Shown: one piece after another, positions 9,328 to 12,103 of the stretch
How positions within the stretch are numbered: the first letter of the stretch is position 1
Layout of the letters: every line of letters begins with the position of its first letter
Origin: a virus
Lineage: Duplodnaviria; Heunggongvirae; Uroviricota; Caudoviricetes
Length of the DNA: 12,103 nt
Virus record (IMG/VR): IMGVR_UViG_2617270939_000001
Strand: one strand, 5' to 3'
Translations under genes and position numbers: made by a program
The notes under the pieces: generated by a model
The model's database searches: none
Told to the model about the DNA's origin: nothing
Seen by the model: the letters and a program-made list of their open reading frames with translations, nothing else

Positions 9328-9354
9328 TAATAAAAAACCCGCCTGAGCGGGTTT
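9328..9354 (-). terminator. Rho-independent terminator acting on the minus strand (downstream of cspB)
   Basis: Perfect 8-bp stem AAACCCGC-ctga-GCGGGTTT (9335-9354), followed on the minus-strand transcript by a U run (plus-strand A run 9328-9337). Confidence 0.7.
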
Positions 9355-9635
9355 GAGATTGTGGTGCTTTTTGTGGGAGTCATCCACTTACGCACTTTGT
9401 TTTGCGATGCCAGCAGTTAGCTTCTGCTGTGAAACTATTCATGCAGCAAACCTGCACTTCACCACAATGGTTAGCATACTTTTCCTGATTAAGATTTTGC
9501 CAAATATGCTGGCCATTGTTTCATGTATTGGACCTCCTTACTTTTTATTAAAGAGATCCAATATTCACTACTCTGTCCGTATCTCTACTCAGGCATCAGC
9601 CTTCTTCGTTATCGTATACAGACGAGCGATGAATT

Positions 9636-9851
9636 TTAATCAGTAATGATGACATTTGCTGCTGCAGGACCTTTAGCACCACTCTCTATAGAGAAGGTAA
9701 CCTTTTGACCTTCAAATAAGGTTCGATAATTATCATTCTGAATCGCAGAAAAATGCACAAACACATCTTTACTACCATCAACAGGAGAAATAAAGCCGAA
9801 ACCTTTATCAGCGTTAAACCATTTTACTAAACCAGTCATTTTATTTGACAT
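9636..9851 (-). CDS. cspB: Cold-shock protein CspB (CspA family), 71 aa
   Basis: [67 protein letters not shown]… with RNP1 and RNP2 motifs. AAGGAA SD. Confidence 0.9.
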   Translation of the reverse strand: MSNKMTGLVKWFNADKGFGFISPVDGSKDVFVHFSAIQNDNYRTLFEGQKVTFSIESGAKGPAAANVIITD

Positions 9852-9993
9852 TCTACATTCCTTAACTTGAGCCTTTCGGCATAAATGGTTTGCATAACAG
9901 AAACGACTTCGTACTTAATTGGAGAGACTCAAAGAAGGAATAAGTGAATAACACCTGAAATGAGAACTGCTTTAGTAAACTACTTCGTATATC

Positions 9994-10047
9994 GTCTGTT
10001 CTTCAAACCGACGCAGTCATTAACTCATAGTTGAACATATGAAGCAA
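9994..10047 (-). promoter_or_regulatory. Predicted cspB promoter (-35 TTGCTT 10047-10042, 17-bp spacer, -10 GTTAAT 10024-10019) and cold box at the 5' UTR start (CGGTTTGAAGAACAGAC, about 10010-9994)
   Basis: Minus strand reads TTGCTT-n17-GTTAAT-gactgcgt-CGGTTTGAAGAACAGACGA…AAAGCAG, closely paralleling the cspA promoter and cold box as I recall them. Predicted 5' UTR about 159 nt (10010 to 9852). Confidence 0.55.
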
Positions 10048-10149
10048 TGTTTATTTTAGACATCCAGCCACCTTCAACCCTATCAAAAAAGTAGTTTTCT
10101 CCAGGAACGTGTGTATGGTGCACCAGGTTATCAGTATTAAGGAGTTTTT

Positions 10150-10358
10150 CTGTCCCCTAAAATGACAGGAATTGTCAAAAACTTTGACTACAAAAGCAGC
10201 AAAGGTCTTATATTCCCATCCGATGGCGTATCGATGCCCAGCTTCACGTTTCAGCTCTCAATCTTCGAGATGCAGAAGAAATTACCACAGGATTACGCGT
10301 GGAATTTTGCCGGATAAATGGTTCGCATGGACCTTCAACTGCCAATGTTTATCCCGGG
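10150..10358 (+). pseudogene. cspF: cspF-like cold-shock gene remnant: start codon position is CTG, one frameshift, and no stop at the expected end
   Basis: TAAGGAG SD (10138-10144) sits 5 nt before CTG 10150, where ATG is expected. Frame 1 from ATG 10162 gives [22 protein letters not shown], then homology resumes in another frame (…[12 protein letters not shown]…[21 protein letters not shown]) after a one-base loss near 10227. That frame runs on through the terminator. Confidence 0.6.
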
Positions 10359-10395
10359 ATGAGATTCAATATCTCTATTGCCCCATTTAAAGCAC

Positions 10396-10430
10396 AAAAA
10401 CCCGCTTATAAGCGGGTTTTCTACTTTTTT
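10396..10430. terminator. Strong bidirectional rho-independent terminator; candidate tR' of the Q-dependent late transcript
   Basis: Perfect 9-bp stem AAACCCGCT-tata-AGCGGGTTT (10398-10419) with an A run before and a T run after, so U tracts follow the hairpin on both strands. About 110 nt downstream of the Q stop on the minus strand. Confidence 0.75.
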
Positions 10431-10526
10431 CTAAACGTCGGATACACAAAGCCCATCGTTGAGAAAATCTTATCCATGTTTTTTGAAAAATGCAAACATC
10501 ATGTCGCCATCTTCAGCAAAAATCAT

Positions 10527-11279
10527 TTATCTCGTCACCTTCCTCAATTGCGCTTCCGCGTATGCTTCTTCCTGCCAGCACTTTGTTACCAGTTTACCAA
10601 TGACGTCCGCATACCCCTTATACCACTGATAATCGGTCAGGTCTGGTACCAGCTTCTGGACATGACGTCGTGCCAGCGTGGTCGGTAAACGACTAAACCG
10701 GTTTCCATTACAACGCCCACAAATCTTATATACCGGTACGCCATGAAACCGGGTTCTTTTTTCATCCAGAACAATCCCTTTACCCTTACACCCCCTGCAC
10801 GCTGTGCTGACTTCGCCCTTACCATGGCAATGCTGACATAGTTCCTTCACCCATTCTTCCTTGATTACAGATTCCCCGCGTCTGTAGTGTTTCACCACTT
10901 CGCGCAATACATTATAAAATCCCGTACCTGAACAATGCTCACAGCGAGCCTTACTTGCCGCAGACCTGGAGTAATCAGCAAAGGCAAAATTCACAAGGTA
11001 AGGAATAATCTGTAACCGGATTTCTTCACTCAATTTGTTCAATGTCGGGTTATCCAGTGCCATCGCGTAATTTAGCAGGCCTTCAATCGCAAACTGAGGG
11101 TCCTGAACACCAACTTTTGCCAGAAATAAGGCCAACCCAAGTGGTGCTTTCGACTGCACCATCCCCTGCGCTGCCATTACATCCGTAATTGTTAAACAAC
11201 CGGTGCCTGTCGCTGGAGCGTCATCGCTCAATTTTGGAGATTTTGGGGAGTAATATTTTGGTAAGGCTTCAAGGTTCAT
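10527..11279 (-). CDS. quuQ: Late-gene antiterminator Q, 250 aa from [10 protein letters not shown] (the track ORF's 65-codon N-terminal extension overlaps the upstream gene and is rejected)
   Basis: GGAGAA SD before ATG 11279. Four Cys pairs ([30 protein letters not shown]), a zinc-binding pattern. Sequence and length agree with K-12 QuuQ/QuuD-type Q proteins as I recall them. Confidence 0.8.
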   Translation of the reverse strand: MNLEALPKYYSPKSPKLSDDAPATGTGCLTITDVMAAQGMVQSKAPLGLALFLAKVGVQDPQFAIEGLLNYAMALDNPTLNKLSEEIRLQIIPYLVNFAFADYSRSAASKARCEHCSGTGFYNVLREVVKHYRRGESVIKEEWVKELCQHCHGKGEVSTACRGCKGKGIVLDEKRTRFHGVPVYKICGRCNGNRFSRLPTTLARRHVQKLVPDLTDYQWYKGYADVIGKLVTKCWQEEAYAEAQLRKVTR

Positions 11280-11292
11280 GCTCGTTCTCCAC

Positions 11293-11836
11293 TTACGCCA
11301 GTACGCCAGTTGCCAGCGCGCGATCGATAAAACGAAATACCAGCTCCAGTTGGGAGCCATACTTCTCTTCAAATGCCACTGTATCCGTATGCAGCTCGTT
11401 GTGATGCTTTCTGCACAAAGGCAACACAAAGAGATCATGTGCTTTTGTTCCCATTCCGCCCTGCCCGTGACCAATCAGATGATGCGGATCGTCGGCTGGC
11501 ATACCGCAGCAAGCACACGGCTGTGTCTTAACCCAACGTGTGTATTTCTCCTTAACCCAGCGGCGACGTTTAGGCAGCTTCATGAAAGATTCCGGAGACT
11601 CTGGATCAACGGTGATGATTACCACCGTCTTTTCCTGTGGTGGTTTTTGTTGCTGGTGGGCGTAAGGCAACGGTGCAAGATTTTTTGTGCGTTGTTTCAA
11701 TATGCTGGTGGCGGTCTGCTCTCCCGGTACGATGTCGCTTTCGCGGTACACCGAGCAGATTTTTTCCGCTGGTAATCCCAGCGAACGACGCGATACAGCC
11801 TCAGGTAGTGCATCCACCTGAATCGCCACGGATAAT
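11293..11836 (-). pseudogene. ydfU: YdfU-like (DUF968) gene, C-terminal part only; N-terminus replaced by an IS3-family insertion
   Basis: C-terminal region carries an HNH-like Cys/His motif (PCACCGMPADDPHHLIGHGQGGMGTKAHDLFVLPLCRKHHNELH) and ends 13 nt before the Q start. Upstream, the same DNA in another frame encodes the end of the transposase, so the first about 40 codons of the track ORF are IS-derived. Exact junction not determined. Confidence 0.55.
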
Positions 11837-12103
11837 CTAGACACTTCCGAGCCGTTGATAATACTGGTTTTCATATTCTGTCGGTGACATCTGTTCGCTA
11901 GAACCATGCCGACGCTTACTGTTATAAAACATTTCGATGTAATCAAAAATATCACTGCGGGCTTCTTCCCGCGTTCCGTAGATCTTTTTCTTTATCCGTT
12001 CACGTTTCAACAACTGGAAAAAACTTTCTGCAACCGCATTATCATGGCAGTTACCGCGACGGCTCATGCTACCCTCCAGGCCGTGTGATTTCAGGAACGA
12101 CTG
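11800..12103 (-). mobile_element. IS3-family insertion sequence, right end and 3' part; approximate inner boundary 11800-11836
   Basis: Transposase 3' end at 11837. The terminal inverted repeat could not be identified because the other end is outside the window. Confidence 0.6.
11837..12103 (-). CDS. IS3-family transposase (OrfB, DDE/rve domain), C-terminal 88 codons; gene continues beyond the right edge
   Basis: Minus-strand frame is open from the window edge to TAG at 11837-11839 (…QSFLKSHGLEGSMSRRGNCHDNAVAESFF…SPTEYENQYYQRLGSV). SRRGNC.DNA is the hallmark around the catalytic Glu of IS3-family transposases. Confidence 0.8.
   Translation of the reverse strand, partial: QSFLKSHGLEGSMSRRGNCHDNAVAESFFQLLKRERIKKKIYGTREEARSDIFDYIEMFYNSKRRHGSSEQMSPTEYENQYYQRLGSV

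Noticed and set aside
9353-9646. 97-aa plus-strand ORF in the cspB 3' region
   Set aside because: Starts at TTG inside the terminator hairpin, gives a hydrophobic low-complexity translation, and is antisense to the SD-bearing mini-ORF.
9879-9918. Plus-strand cspA-like promoter (TTGCAT, 18-bp spacer, CTTAAT) that could drive the cspF remnant
   Set aside because: It lies inside the predicted cspB 5' UTR on the opposite strand and is not followed by a cold-box-like sequence; not enough to call.
10172-10825. ORFs 10172-10390 (+), 10299-10688 (+) and 10637-10825 (-)
   Set aside because: The first two are the shifted frames of the decayed cspF-like gene and its run-on through the terminator into antisense Q. 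The third is an alternative frame inside Q.
11279-11474. 65-codon N-terminal extension of the Q ORF
   Set aside because: Overlaps the end of the ydfU-like gene in another frame. The internal ATG at 11279 has a GGAGAA SD and gives the expected 250-aa Q.
11189-11840. Plus-strand ORFs 11189-11404, 11278-11775 and 11637-11840
   Set aside because: Antisense to the Q and ydfU-like coding regions, with no SD.
11906-12088. 60-aa plus-strand ORF inside the IS3-family element
   Set aside because: Antisense to the transposase frame.

Overview
This window is the right arm of a Qin-like (lambda/phage-21-type) cryptic lambdoid prophage of E. coli/Shigella, bracketed by two unrelated IS elements. It is a known, decayed region rather than an obviously new system. 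Left to right: the right end of an IS903-group element (1-542); a convergent tail-fibre module (pin invertase, then tfa and a 5'-deleted stf on the minus strand); a Nu1 (terminase small subunit) N-terminal remnant joined out of frame to the middle of stf by a large deletion; an intact lambda cos site; an AT-rich cargo block (RHH-like protein, ydfO, gnsB, a small ORF, cspI); the lysis cassette on the minus strand (holin, ydfR-like/SAR-lysozyme, Rz with embedded Rz1); a Q-to-S cargo insert (zinc-ribbon small protein, cspB, decayed cspF); the Q antiterminator; and a ydfU-like gene cut by an IS3-family element that runs off the right edge. The most unusual observation is that the ydfR-like and lysozyme frames are joined into one 279-codon ORF by two single-base frame changes at A4 runs, leaving the lysozyme with no in-frame start of its own. 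Other points worth checking are a perfect Shine-Dalgarno mini-ORF in the cspB 3' region, a perfect Fur-box-like palindrome beside cos, and a conserved promoter/cold-box architecture shared by cspI and cspB. All homology calls are from reading translations and from memory of lambda and E. coli K-12 sequences; no database search was run.
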